A stretch of 64,000 nucleotides of DNA. It comes from an uncultured Bdellovibrionales bacterium. Its GTDB lineage: Bacteria; Patescibacteriota; Minisyncoccia; Moranbacterales; UBA1568. This document shows positions 9,377-18,047 of the stretch, one piece after another. The notes under the pieces are model-generated. The model saw nothing but the letters and a program-made list of their open reading frames with translations. It ran no database searches and was not told the origin of the DNA. Position numbers and translations under genes: made by a program. Every line of letters starts with the position of its first letter. The stretch's first letter is position 1. Where the stretch lies: positions 21 to 64,020 of the forward strand of contig CAYTED010000001.1 in assembly GCA_964436855.1 (NCBI GenBank). The letters are read 5' to 3'.

Positions 9377-10624
9377 CTATTCGTACCGAAGCGCCTCGAT
9401 CGGGTTAAGCTTTGCCGCGCGTCGCGCTGGATACCATCCGAAAACAATGCCAATCGCCACAGATACTCCGAACGCAAGTGCGATCGACGAGAGCGACAAG
9501 GACGTCTCAATCCCCGCAAGCGACTCAAAAATGGTCGCTATGATCCATCCGACGACAATTCCGAAAAACCCTCCAACAACCGTGAGCGTGAACGCCTCGA
9601 TAAGAAATTGCGTACTGATATCGCCTCGTTTTGCCCCGATTGCTTTCCGAAGACCGATTTCGCGCGTTCGTTCCGTCACGGTCGTCAGCATCATATTCAT
9701 AATACCGATGCCTCCCACCACAAGAGAGATGCTCGCGACCGCCCCCAGGAGCAGCGTAAACGTACTCGTGATTGATGATGCGGTTTCCACAATATCGCCC
9801 TGATTGAGAATACGGAAGTCCGCTTCATCAGGATTGCCGATGCGATGCGCGGCAAGAAGAACGGATCGAATATTTTCTTCAGCCGCATCCATAACGTCCG
9901 CGGATTGCACTTTAACATTGATGAGAGAAAGCGTGTCGGACCCGGTAAGGTACTGACGTGCTGTCGAAAGCGGAACATAGATGACATCATCTTCATTTCC
10001 AAATCCCGATCCGCCTTTCGAAACCGTGACGCCAATCACGGTAAAGTCCGTCCCTCCAATACGGATTTTTCGACCAAGCGATTCACCATCTACTCCAAAA
10101 AGTTCATCACGAACATCCGGCCCGAGCACGGCAACTTTTGCAACACGTTTCTCATGGTCGTTCGTGAGAAAAACTCCTTCGGACAGGGAAGTATTTCGTA
10201 CCGTTGCATATTCGGAAACCGTTCCGGTAATCGATGTTCGTGTGTTTTTCCCGCTCGCGACAACCTGAAAATTCCGTGAAACAACCGGTACTGCAGCCGC
10301 TATTGTCGGAATCGTACGAATTGCTTCCAAGTCGGCAAATGAAAGTGTCTGTGCGGTTCCTTGTCCCTGACTCACACTCTGGCCGGGACCGCCTTGCGCT
10401 CCCGGACGAATAATAAGAAGATTCGATCCGATCGCCTGAATATTTCGTTCGATCGATACCTGCGCCCCGCTTCCGATCGCCACCATAGCGATCACCGATC
10501 CGATGCCGATGACGATACCAAGCACCGTCAAACCGGAGCGAATCTTGTTCGCCGTAAGCGAAGCGGTCGTTTCAAAGAGAATATCACTCACGAACATAGG
10601 TATTTTTCGTTTTCCGATCCTCAA
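9377..10624 (-). CDS. ABC transporter permease (MacB/FtsX family).
   Basis: It has an N-terminal TM helix, a large periplasmic MacB_PCD-like domain and a C-terminal FtsX 3-TM region. It overlaps the ATPase gene. Confidence 0.8.
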   Translation of the reverse strand: MRIGKRKIPMFVSDILFETTASLTANKIRSGLTVLGIVIGIGSVIAMVAIGSGAQVSIERNIQAIGSNLLIIRPGAQGGPGQSVSQGQGTAQTLSFADLEAIRTIPTIAAAVPVVSRNFQVVASGKNTRTSITGTVSEYATVRNTSLSEGVFLTNDHEKRVAKVAVLGPDVRDELFGVDGESLGRKIRIGGTDFTVIGVTVSKGGSGFGNEDDVIYVPLSTARQYLTGSDTLSLINVKVQSADVMDAAEENIRSVLLAAHRIGNPDEADFRILNQGDIVETASSITSTFTLLLGAVASISLVVGGIGIMNMMLTTVTERTREIGLRKAIGAKRGDISTQFLIEAFTLTVVGGFFGIVVGWIIATIFESLAGIETSLSLSSIALAFGVSVAIGIVFGWYPARRAAKLNPIEALRYE

Positions 10625-11288
10625 CGATCATCCCATCACGAATAAAAAGAATACGGTCCGCACGTTCGGCAATATCGAGTTCATGCGTAATGAGAATAAC
10701 CGTGTGCCCACGCTCCTTATTGATCCGCCGGAACGTATCAAGCACAGCATGTCCGGTTTTCGTATCAAGATTCCCCGTCGGCTCATCGGCGAGAATAAGC
10801 GACGGATCGTTCACAAGTGCCCGGGCAATGGCGACACGCTGGATTTGTCCTCCCGAAAGCTCATTCGACTTATGATACCATCGCGCCTCTTCAAGGTTGA
10901 CGGATTGCAACGCACTTCGAACTTTGTCATCCCGTTCGGATTTCGGCGTCTCGGTATACACAAGTGGAAGCATCACGTTCCGAAAGACATCCGTCCGCGG
11001 CAACAAGTTAAATGACTGAAACACAAAGCCAATTTTTCGGTTTCGGATTTCCGATAACTCGTCTTCCGAACATTTCGACACATCGCTTCCGTCAAGGATA
11101 TATCGACCATCCGTCGGCACGTCAAGTGCGCCGAGAATATGCATCAGCGTCGACTTCCCGCTTCCGGAAGGACCCATGATCGCGACAAATTCGCCATCCT
11201 GAATGATAAACGAGATATTTTGTAGCGCGAGCGTTTCATTCTTTCCGCCATGCTGATAGATTTTTCGGATATTACGACATTCGATCAT
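10584..11288 (-). CDS. ABC transporter ATP-binding protein (MacB/LolD-like).
   Basis: Walker A is GPSGSGKST. The signature motif is LSGGQIQRVAIARAL. Walker B and the H-loop follow. Confidence 0.9.
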   Translation of the reverse strand: MIECRNIRKIYQHGGKNETLALQNISFIIQDGEFVAIMGPSGSGKSTLMHILGALDVPTDGRYILDGSDVSKCSEDELSEIRNRKIGFVFQSFNLLPRTDVFRNVMLPLVYTETPKSERDDKVRSALQSVNLEEARWYHKSNELSGGQIQRVAIARALVNDPSLILADEPTGNLDTKTGHAVLDTFRRINKERGHTVILITHELDIAERADRILFIRDGMIVEDRKTKNTYVRE

Positions 11289-11311
11289 ACTGAAAGCCTC
11301 CGGAGAAAAAA

Positions 11312-12541
11312 TTAACGCCGCTGTCCGCCACTAAAACCCCGGAAATTAAAGAGGTTCGAGGATGACTGTGTCGGCGTTTGAGGCCGGACGATCCGCGTCA
11401 CAATCGTCTCACCCTCAGTAAGACCGCTTACAATCTCCGTATTCATCTCATTGGAAATTCCTGTTTCAACCGTTCGTCGCTCATACCCGGCAAGAAACGC
11501 GGAATCCTCTCCGTTTTGCCCATTGTTGTTAGTAGCTCGCTGCCCCTGGCGCCGACTACCATCCCCTGTAACATCTTCTGTCATTCCCACTCCGCCCCGA
11601 CTGCCATTCTCATTCGTAGGAACAAGCACATACGAATCGCCGTTATTCGATTGTAAAGCCGATAACGGCACCCGTACGACCGAGGATTTTTTTGCCGTCA
11701 CAATAGTAACGTTCACACTCATTCCCGGCTTCAGTACCATATCCGATGATTTCTCGAATTCAATCTCAGCATTATATGTCACAACCCCCTGCGTCACTAT
11801 TCCGATCGTATCGATCTTACTCACGGAACCGGAAAGTGCTTTTCCGCCGAATGCCTCGACGGAAATCACCGCTCCATTTCCAATCGCCACCGATGCAGCA
11901 TCCACTTCGTTCAATGGAATCTTCACATACTGTTCCGGTGTAATGACCGACGCGATCACATCATCCCGTGATACCGAATCCCCGACCTCAACGGAAAGCC
12001 CGGTTACAATGCCATCAAACGGCGCGCGGATCGTATAATCCCGAAGCGTCTCCTGCGCATCAGCGAGCGCGTTCCTTGCCTGATTGACCGCCACTTCCTG
12101 CAACTGTCGGGTCAGACGGTCGTCGATATCCCGACTCTCGGCGGCGCGCTTGGTTTGTCGCATTTTTACTTCCGCACTCTGGAGCGAAAGGAGCGCGTTT
12201 CGAACCGCCTTCTCCGCATCATCGGAATCGAGCGAAACAATAGGATCGCCTTTCCTGACCACTTGATCGTTTTTCACATATACCCAAACCACATCAATCG
12301 CGTCTCCCGCCGCCACCGACTGAAGGCTCACCTGCGAACGCGCATAGATTTGTCCTGAACCCGAAACAGAAGCGACAATATCTCCGCGTTGCACCTTGCC
12401 GGTTTCATACGTCGTTTTCTGTATTACTTCACTTCCGCTCTCCCGAGTAAAATACCAGTAGCCAAAACCGGAGAGGAGAACAAGCGAAAACAAGACTTTC
12501 TTTCGTTTCCATATCGACCCAAAAATTTCCTGAATATTCAT
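11312..12541 (-). CDS. Efflux transporter periplasmic adaptor (HlyD/MacA-like membrane fusion protein).
   Basis: It has an N-terminal TM anchor, a coiled-coil hairpin, and beta-barrel and MP domains. It is the first gene of the adaptor-ATPase-permease operon. Confidence 0.7.
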   Translation of the reverse strand: MNIQEIFGSIWKRKKVLFSLVLLSGFGYWYFTRESGSEVIQKTTYETGKVQRGDIVASVSGSGQIYARSQVSLQSVAAGDAIDVVWVYVKNDQVVRKGDPIVSLDSDDAEKAVRNALLSLQSAEVKMRQTKRAAESRDIDDRLTRQLQEVAVNQARNALADAQETLRDYTIRAPFDGIVTGLSVEVGDSVSRDDVIASVITPEQYVKIPLNEVDAASVAIGNGAVISVEAFGGKALSGSVSKIDTIGIVTQGVVTYNAEIEFEKSSDMVLKPGMSVNVTIVTAKKSSVVRVPLSALQSNNGDSYVLVPTNENGSRGGVGMTEDVTGDGSRRQGQRATNNNGQNGEDSAFLAGYERRTVETGISNEMNTEIVSGLTEGETIVTRIVRPQTPTQSSSNLFNFRGFSGGQRR

Positions 12542-12690
12542 AAAGATCTCATTTTATGAATTACGTTTCATGGTTACAAAACCAACTTAATTTTCATCCG
12601 ATATTTTTTTATATTGTAGCATTTTTCCCATTTCTCATCCAATGAAAAAACCTTGAAAAAAAGCCAAAAAAAAGTATACTTGAGGCACCT

Positions 12691-14649
12691 ATGCCGAAGA
12701 AAAGAAAAAAATTATATCTCGTCTCCGTCGCGCCGGTCGTCTCACTCCCGCTCTCTCGGGATCCATTTTTCACATACTCATCGGACATCGATATTCCAAA
12801 AGGATCGCTCGTCCGTATTCCACTCGCTTCCCGCACTGTCGATGGCATCGTACTCGAATCAAAGCCACTCGTTCACAAGCCCGCTTTTCGCGTCCGACCG
12901 ATTACCGCAATTATCGAACCGTCATTTGTCGGCGACAAAACGATTGATCTTGTCCGATATATTTCCGAAATCTATTTTTCTCCGTTCGGTATTTCCATAA
13001 AGCATGCTCTGCCAAAACGCGTGAAAGAACGAAAAAAACAGATCGAAGAAAAACCCCTCACACCTCTTCCCGCACGTACTCCTTCGGAAAAAAAGCTGCT
13101 GACCACCATCAAGAAACATCCCTCCGCCTACCTAAACCCCGCAACACCGACCGAAAAAAACACCATCTTCCTCACGCTCGCACAACACACCCTCGAAAAA
13201 AAAGAACAGATCCTCTTCCTCGTTCCGGACATTATTCTCGTTTCGGAACTCGCGCTTTTTTTTGAGCGATTTTTTCCGATCCAAAGCATCGCAACTATCG
13301 AAAGCAAGCTCGGGAATGGCGCTTATTACTCGAACTGGGAACGCATCCGCTCCGGTGAAGCGAGTATCGTCATCGGCACCAGACAAGCGCTCTTCGCGCC
13401 GTTCCGGAAACTTCGAAGTATTATCTTTGATTTCGACAGTGCCGAAGGGTACAAGCAGTGGGATATGACCCCGCGATACGACGGGAAAACGGGAGCGCAA
13501 AAACTGGCGGAACTCTGGAAGGCGCATCTGCTTCTTGTTTCGCCGATACAAACGATCGAAACCCTCTTAGAAGAAGAACGCGGCAGTATACAAAAAGTTG
13601 ACGGAGGCGCATCAAAAAGAAAAACAAATCTCATTCTCTCCGATCTCAAGCTCGAACGATACAAAAAAAACTTTTCACCCTTTTCCACTCTCGTGGTCGA
13701 ATGGCTCGGCGAGACACTGCGCCGCGGCAAGCAAGCGCTCCTCATCATCAACCGACAAGGAACAAGCATTTTTTCGATCTGTGAACGCTGTCGCGAAACT
13801 TTCCGATGTCCGAAATGCGATCGGGCGCTCGTCGGATCGAAGGATGAAACCTATCGATGTCTGCATTGCTCCTACCGAACCGACGACTTCCCAAAGTGCG
13901 GGAAATGCGGCGGACTCGCCTTTCGAAATGTCGGTTTTGGAACGGAAAAAATAGAACGTGAAGTGAAAAAACTCTTTCCTCGCGCGCACACCGCTCGCAT
14001 CGACGGACCGTCTCTTCGCGCGGAAAAAAACTTCCGTTCTTTCACAAAAAAAATTACTTCCGGTGCGATTGACATCCTTATCGGTACCGAGGCGGCCCTG
14101 TATGGTCCGCGATTGCCGAAGCCTGCTCTCATTGCTATACTTGACGCAGACAATACCCTCAAATTCCCCGATTATCGAGCCGAAGAGCGTCTTCTTCGAA
14201 GCGTCTGCACCGCAAAATGGCTCGCATCGGAAGAAAGCGGGACGGTTATTTTGCAAACATTTCATTCCGAAGAACGCCATTTCCGTATCCTCTCCGAAGG
14301 AAAAGAGGAGGAGTGGGAACAAGCCATCCTAAAGGAACGAGAGGCGTTCCACTATCCTCCCGATGGTGTTTTGGTCAAACTCGAGTATCGGGAAACAAAT
14401 CTCGAACTTCTTGAAAAGGAAACGGGAAAAGCAATGAACATACTCCGTCCATCCGAAGAAAAAGAAGTGATACGATATATCGTAAGCGACCCGATCACTC
14501 CCTTTGTCTCAAAAGTCCGCGGAAAAAACATTCAAACCATTATTCTCCGTATTCCCGGAAACACACTTCCGGAATCACTCATTGAAAAAATTATTCTCCT
14601 CTCGAAACGCGGTTGGATCGTCGACCGAAATCCTCTCTCACTGACATAA
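12691..14649 (+). CDS. priA: Primosomal protein N' (PriA) homolog with degenerate helicase motifs.
   Basis: It is collinear with PriA. The Cys-rich zinc region (CERCRETFRCPKCD…CLHCS…CGKCGG), the C-terminal domain and the GTR(S/Q)ALF motif are retained. Walker A is PATPTEKN instead of GVTGSGKT. Walker B is DFDS instead of DEEH. Motif III is VSPIQ instead of GSATP. Confidence 0.8.
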   Translation: MPKKRKKLYLVSVAPVVSLPLSRDPFFTYSSDIDIPKGSLVRIPLASRTVDGIVLESKPLVHKPAFRVRPITAIIEPSFVGDKTIDLVRYISEIYFSPFGISIKHALPKRVKERKKQIEEKPLTPLPARTPSEKKLLTTIKKHPSAYLNPATPTEKNTIFLTLAQHTLEKKEQILFLVPDIILVSELALFFERFFPIQSIATIESKLGNGAYYSNWERIRSGEASIVIGTRQALFAPFRKLRSIIFDFDSAEGYKQWDMTPRYDGKTGAQKLAELWKAHLLLVSPIQTIETLLEEERGSIQKVDGGASKRKTNLILSDLKLERYKKNFSPFSTLVVEWLGETLRRGKQALLIINRQGTSIFSICERCRETFRCPKCDRALVGSKDETYRCLHCSYRTDDFPKCGKCGGLAFRNVGFGTEKIEREVKKLFPRAHTARIDGPSLRAEKNFRSFTKKITSGAIDILIGTEAALYGPRLPKPALIAILDADNTLKFPDYRAEERLLRSVCTAKWLASEESGTVILQTFHSEERHFRILSEGKEEEWEQAILKEREAFHYPPDGVLVKLEYRETNLELLEKETGKAMNILRPSEEKEVIRYIVSDPITPFVSKVRGKNIQTIILRIPGNTLPESLIEKIILLSKRGWIVDRNPLSLT

Positions 14650-14654
14650 ATGCT

Positions 14655-15125
14655 ATGCACACCATTCTCACCGGACCGGAAAATGAAATCCTGAAGACAC
14701 CTTCTCAAAACGTCTCCGATCCCCTCTCCCCCGACATCCAAAAACTCATCCCCACAATGTTCGAGACAATGCACCGTGCGGACGGCATCGGTCTTGCCGC
14801 GCCGCAAATCGGTATTTCTCTCCGTCTCGCCGTTATCGAAATCGAGAACGAAAAACTCGTTCTGATCAATCCGAATATCGTCGCGAAATCCGCGGAAACA
14901 ATCGTTTTCGAAGAGGGATGTCTCTCGCTTCCGGGAGAATTTCTTCCCATTCTCCGATACGAAAAAGTAACGGTCGAATACACCGACGAAAAGGGAGTGG
15001 CGCAAAAACTCAAAGCATCCGGACTTCTTGCGATTGCCATTCAGCACGAACTCGACCATCTCGATGGCACTCTTATCGTCGATCGCTATCGCAACCAATC
15101 CGTAAAAGAACCGTATGCCCTTTAG
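14655..15125 (+). CDS. def: Peptide deformylase.
   Basis: The three PDF motifs GIGLAAPQIG, EGCLS and HELDHL are present. I chose the start at 14655 to avoid overlap with priA. Confidence 0.9.
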   Translation: MHTILTGPENEILKTPSQNVSDPLSPDIQKLIPTMFETMHRADGIGLAAPQIGISLRLAVIEIENEKLVLINPNIVAKSAETIVFEEGCLSLPGEFLPILRYEKVTVEYTDEKGVAQKLKASGLLAIAIQHELDHLDGTLIVDRYRNQSVKEPYAL

Positions 15126-16107
15126 CTTTACGCGAGAAAACATTTTCGACGCGCCGAAAATCCGGACGGTATTTATGGGAACACCGGAATTTTCAGAAGT
15201 GTTTCTGCAGGCGGTCATTCAGGCAAAATACAATCTCGTTGCCGTATACACACGACCAGACAAACCACAAGGTCGAGAACAAGAACTCATCGCTTCTCCG
15301 GTAAAAATTCTTGCGCTCGGCAATCACATCCCTGTAGAGCAACCGATCAAGTTCGACGAAGCGGCGATTGAAAAACTGAAATCCTACAAACCCGATCTCA
15401 TCGTCGTCGCCGCATATGGACGCATCCTTCCGCAAGCTGTACTCGACCTCCCGGGATTCGGTTGCATCAATGTCCACCCATCACTCCTCCCGAAGTATCG
15501 CGGACCAGCCCCCATCCAAAACACCCTTTTAAACGGGGAAACAACAACCGGTATCACCATTATGCTTATGGATGCCGGCATGGATACCGGGCATATCCTT
15601 TCGCAGAAAACGATTGGGATAGATCCGAAAGAAGCCGCTCCAAAACTCGAACAGAAACTTGCTCTCGAGGGTATCGAACTTCTCCTTGAAACGCTTCCGC
15701 GCTGGATCAAACGCGAACTCGAACCGACACCGCAGAAAAATGAAGACGCTACGCTCTGCGAACTTATCGAACGTGAAGACGGTCGTATTTTTTGGAACGA
15801 AAATGCGGAAACAATTTATAATAAATATCGGGCATTCGATCCTTGGCCGGGAATTTTTTCCTACTGGAAAAAATCCGGCAACTCACAGCCGCTTCGGATT
15901 AAATTTCCAAAAATAAATGTCATTAAATCCGACCCATCAATAAAACATTCCCTCGGCGAAGTTTTTGAGATCGGGGAGAAAATTGGAATCCAGACAAGCG
16001 CTGGTATTATTTGCCCGGACATGCTCCAACTTGAAGGAAAAGAACCGATCTCGCCACCGGAATTTCTCCGCGGCTACCCCAATTTTATCGGCTCTATCCT
16101 CGAATAA
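15115..16107 (+). CDS. fmt: Methionyl-tRNA formyltransferase.
   Basis: IRTVFMGTPEFS… and NVHPSLLPKYRGPAPIQ match the formyltransferase core. It overlaps def by 11 nt, the usual def-fmt operon arrangement. Confidence 0.9.
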   Translation: MPFSFTRENIFDAPKIRTVFMGTPEFSEVFLQAVIQAKYNLVAVYTRPDKPQGREQELIASPVKILALGNHIPVEQPIKFDEAAIEKLKSYKPDLIVVAAYGRILPQAVLDLPGFGCINVHPSLLPKYRGPAPIQNTLLNGETTTGITIMLMDAGMDTGHILSQKTIGIDPKEAAPKLEQKLALEGIELLLETLPRWIKRELEPTPQKNEDATLCELIEREDGRIFWNENAETIYNKYRAFDPWPGIFSYWKKSGNSQPLRIKFPKINVIKSDPSIKHSLGEVFEIGEKIGIQTSAGIICPDMLQLEGKEPISPPEFLRGYPNFIGSILE

Positions 16108-16130
16108 GCTTCACCCCATCCATTAAAAAT

Positions 16131-16943
16131 ATGCAAAACAAAAAAGATTTCATCATACTCCTCTCGATCGGCGGACTTCTCCTTTGTATCGTTATCGGAT
16201 TTTCCATAAAATACCTCTTCCTTAACACGAAAAAAAGCGCTTCTGTCGTCTCGATTGAAAATCGAAAAGAAAAAGGGTATCCGCTTTTCTCTCCCGATGC
16301 GCTTCGCCTCAAAATAAGTCGATCCGAACCGATCGAAATTATCGATCTCCGTCCGAAGAGCCTCTTCGATGAAGAGCATCTGCTTGATGCAAAACAATTC
16401 GATATCGACACGCTTCCGGGCTACGAACCGCAGGAACACGATGCGCAGGTTATCGTTGTTTCCCTTGCCGACGACGAAGAGCTCCGTATCGCCGCACACA
16501 AGATCCTAGAGAAAAAATCGTTCCCATACGCGTTTCTTGAAGGCGGAATTCCGGCATGGAAAGCGATCGGCGGCAGTACCGTTTCCTTCGGCGATATCGA
16601 TTCTTTTATCGATCGATCCAAAGTGCTCCCCATTACATCCGATGAACTCAAAAAACTCCTCGAAGATATTGATTTTCAAAACCGCTACGTCATTGTTGAT
16701 GTTCGACAAAAAAACGATTACCGCACCGGGCATATCGTAAGGGCCATCAATATTCCCCTCGCGGAGCTCGAAGCAAGGCGGCATGAAATCCCCGCCGGAA
16801 GGCAGGTAATTACCTACGGAGCAACCGACCTTGAAGGGTTCCGCGCGGCCGTTCGACTGTTTGACTTCAACTTTTTCTCCTCGCAAGCGCTCTCCGGCGG
16901 AATAAACGAATGGAAAACGAAAAAATTTCCTATCGAATCATAA
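16131..16943 (+). CDS. Membrane-anchored protein with tandem rhodanese-like domains.
   Basis: It has an N-terminal TM helix and two about 100-aa domains with rhodanese-like patterning (…VIVDVRQKNDYRTGHI…). Confidence 0.55.
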   Translation: MQNKKDFIILLSIGGLLLCIVIGFSIKYLFLNTKKSASVVSIENRKEKGYPLFSPDALRLKISRSEPIEIIDLRPKSLFDEEHLLDAKQFDIDTLPGYEPQEHDAQVIVVSLADDEELRIAAHKILEKKSFPYAFLEGGIPAWKAIGGSTVSFGDIDSFIDRSKVLPITSDELKKLLEDIDFQNRYVIVDVRQKNDYRTGHIVRAINIPLAELEARRHEIPAGRQVITYGATDLEGFRAAVRLFDFNFFSSQALSGGINEWKTKKFPIES

Positions 16944-16962
16944 ACCTCGATAGGGAGATATT

Positions 16963-17436
16963 TTACCCGCGAAATTCTTTATCGCCGTCAAATCTCGCCT
17001 GCCAGGCAAGAAAATTCGTGAAAAGATAAATCAAAAGAGAAACCAGAAGCGCCGCTTTCGCGTGTTCGACGCCGAATGACGGGTGATGCACGATGCTCAT
17101 CGTTCCAAGAAATGCCAAGAGCGGAAGTATGATGTCGAGACGAGCGTTTTCCTTTGTTTCCCGAATTCCAACAAAACGCTCAAAACGCTCCCAGAGAATC
17201 GCCAAAACAAACGTAATCGAAAACCACAGGACAAAAGGGTGCTCATAAGCTTCGGCGAAAAGCGCCGTTACACTCCCGAAAAGAAAGTGCGGTATCGACC
17301 AAAAATCAAGATACTTCCCGAATTTTTTTGAAACAAGAAAGTGCGTTTTTGTTTTTTTGTTTTGCATACGTAGAGAGAAAGAAAAGAGCCTCGGAAAGAC
17401 TCTTTTCATTATCTCCTGCTTACTGAATGACTGCAA
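16963..17436 (-). CDS. Hypothetical membrane protein.
   Basis: The ORF encodes several hydrophobic helices. I recognise no family, and the true start is uncertain. Confidence 0.3.
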   Translation of the reverse strand: MQSFSKQEIMKRVFPRLFSFSLRMQNKKTKTHFLVSKKFGKYLDFWSIPHFLFGSVTALFAEAYEHPFVLWFSITFVLAILWERFERFVGIRETKENARLDIILPLLAFLGTMSIVHHPSFGVEHAKAALLVSLLIYLFTNFLAWQARFDGDKEFRG

Positions 17437-17695
17437 GTAATTCCTTGTGACTCAAAATGACGTATTCCTCACCGTCAATCTTCACCTCCGATCCGCCATA
17501 GGGCGAATAGATCACGCGTTCACCGGACTTCACCTTGATATGCTCACTCTCCCCAATAGCGATCACCTTTCCTTGCTGTTGACGTTTTTCTCCGACACTC
17601 TCGGGAAGATAAATACCGGAATCGGTTTTTTTCTCCGGCTTATCCGGAAGCACCAAAACATTTTCCCCAAGCGGTCGAACCTTCGTTTTTTTCAT
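17420..17695 (-). CDS. groES: Co-chaperonin GroES.
   Basis: The 91-aa product MKKTKVRPLGENVLV…GGSEVKIDGEEYVIL is a full-length GroES match. No groEL follows it. Confidence 0.9.
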   Translation of the reverse strand: MKKTKVRPLGENVLVLPDKPEKKTDSGIYLPESVGEKRQQQGKVIAIGESEHIKVKSGERVIYSPYGGSEVKIDGEEYVILSHKELLAVIQ

Positions 17696-17729
17696 ACGGA
17701 AAAATACTACGAATTACACTGCGTCTCTC

Positions 17730-17758
17730 ATTATAGAAACCGTTAGCACTCGTGTCAA
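17730..17758 (-). promoter_or_regulatory. Sigma70 consensus promoter for groES (TTGACA, 17-bp spacer, TATAAT on the minus strand).
   Basis: The reverse complement of 17753-17758 is TTGACA and the reverse complement of 17730-17735 is TATAAT. The promoter overlaps the CIRCE element. Confidence 0.55.
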
Positions 17759-17769
17759 GAGAATGCTAA
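17743..17769. promoter_or_regulatory. CIRCE-like inverted repeat (HrcA operator): TTAGCACTC-N9-GAATGCTAA.
   Basis: It matches the CIRCE consensus TTAGCACTC-N9-GAGTGCTAA with one mismatch and lies directly upstream of groES. Confidence 0.6.
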
Positions 17770-18020
17770 CGATGAATGTTCGGCGGATTGGCAAGCAAAT
17801 GCTCTATTTCAGAAAGCGCCTCCTCCTCATGATTTTGGAATCGAAACCGCTCAAGAAGGTCGGGTCGTTCGGAAAAAATTCTCTCTACTTCCTCCCCGAA
17901 AAGAACCCGGTACCGTTCCCGATCACTTCGCTCCATCGATTCCGACGGCGAACGATAATATCGCTTCGAAAGACAATCGAGTATGCGTTCCTTTATATGA
18001 TGAGTCAATTCTCCCTCCAT
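17766..18020 (-). CDS. Small hypothetical protein.
   Basis: An 84-aa acidic ORF lying between ctpA and groES on the same strand. I recognise no family. Confidence 0.3.
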   Translation of the reverse strand: MEGELTHHIKERILDCLSKRYYRSPSESMERSDRERYRVLFGEEVERIFSERPDLLERFRFQNHEEEALSEIEHLLANPPNIHR

Positions 18021-18047
18021 AAATATGTGAGTGGGTAGAGTAGTATA

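Noticed and set aside
13675-14322. 215-aa minus-strand ORF (and several others) lying antisense inside priA.
   Set aside because: It is fully embedded antisense in a well-supported gene with no ribosome-binding site and no family resemblance. This is a typical spurious antisense ORF.
14613-14654. The upstream 14613 start for def, a 37-nt overlap with priA.
   Set aside because: The in-frame ATG at 14655 gives a canonical PDF N-terminus right after the priA stop. The longer form is probably an ORF-caller extension.
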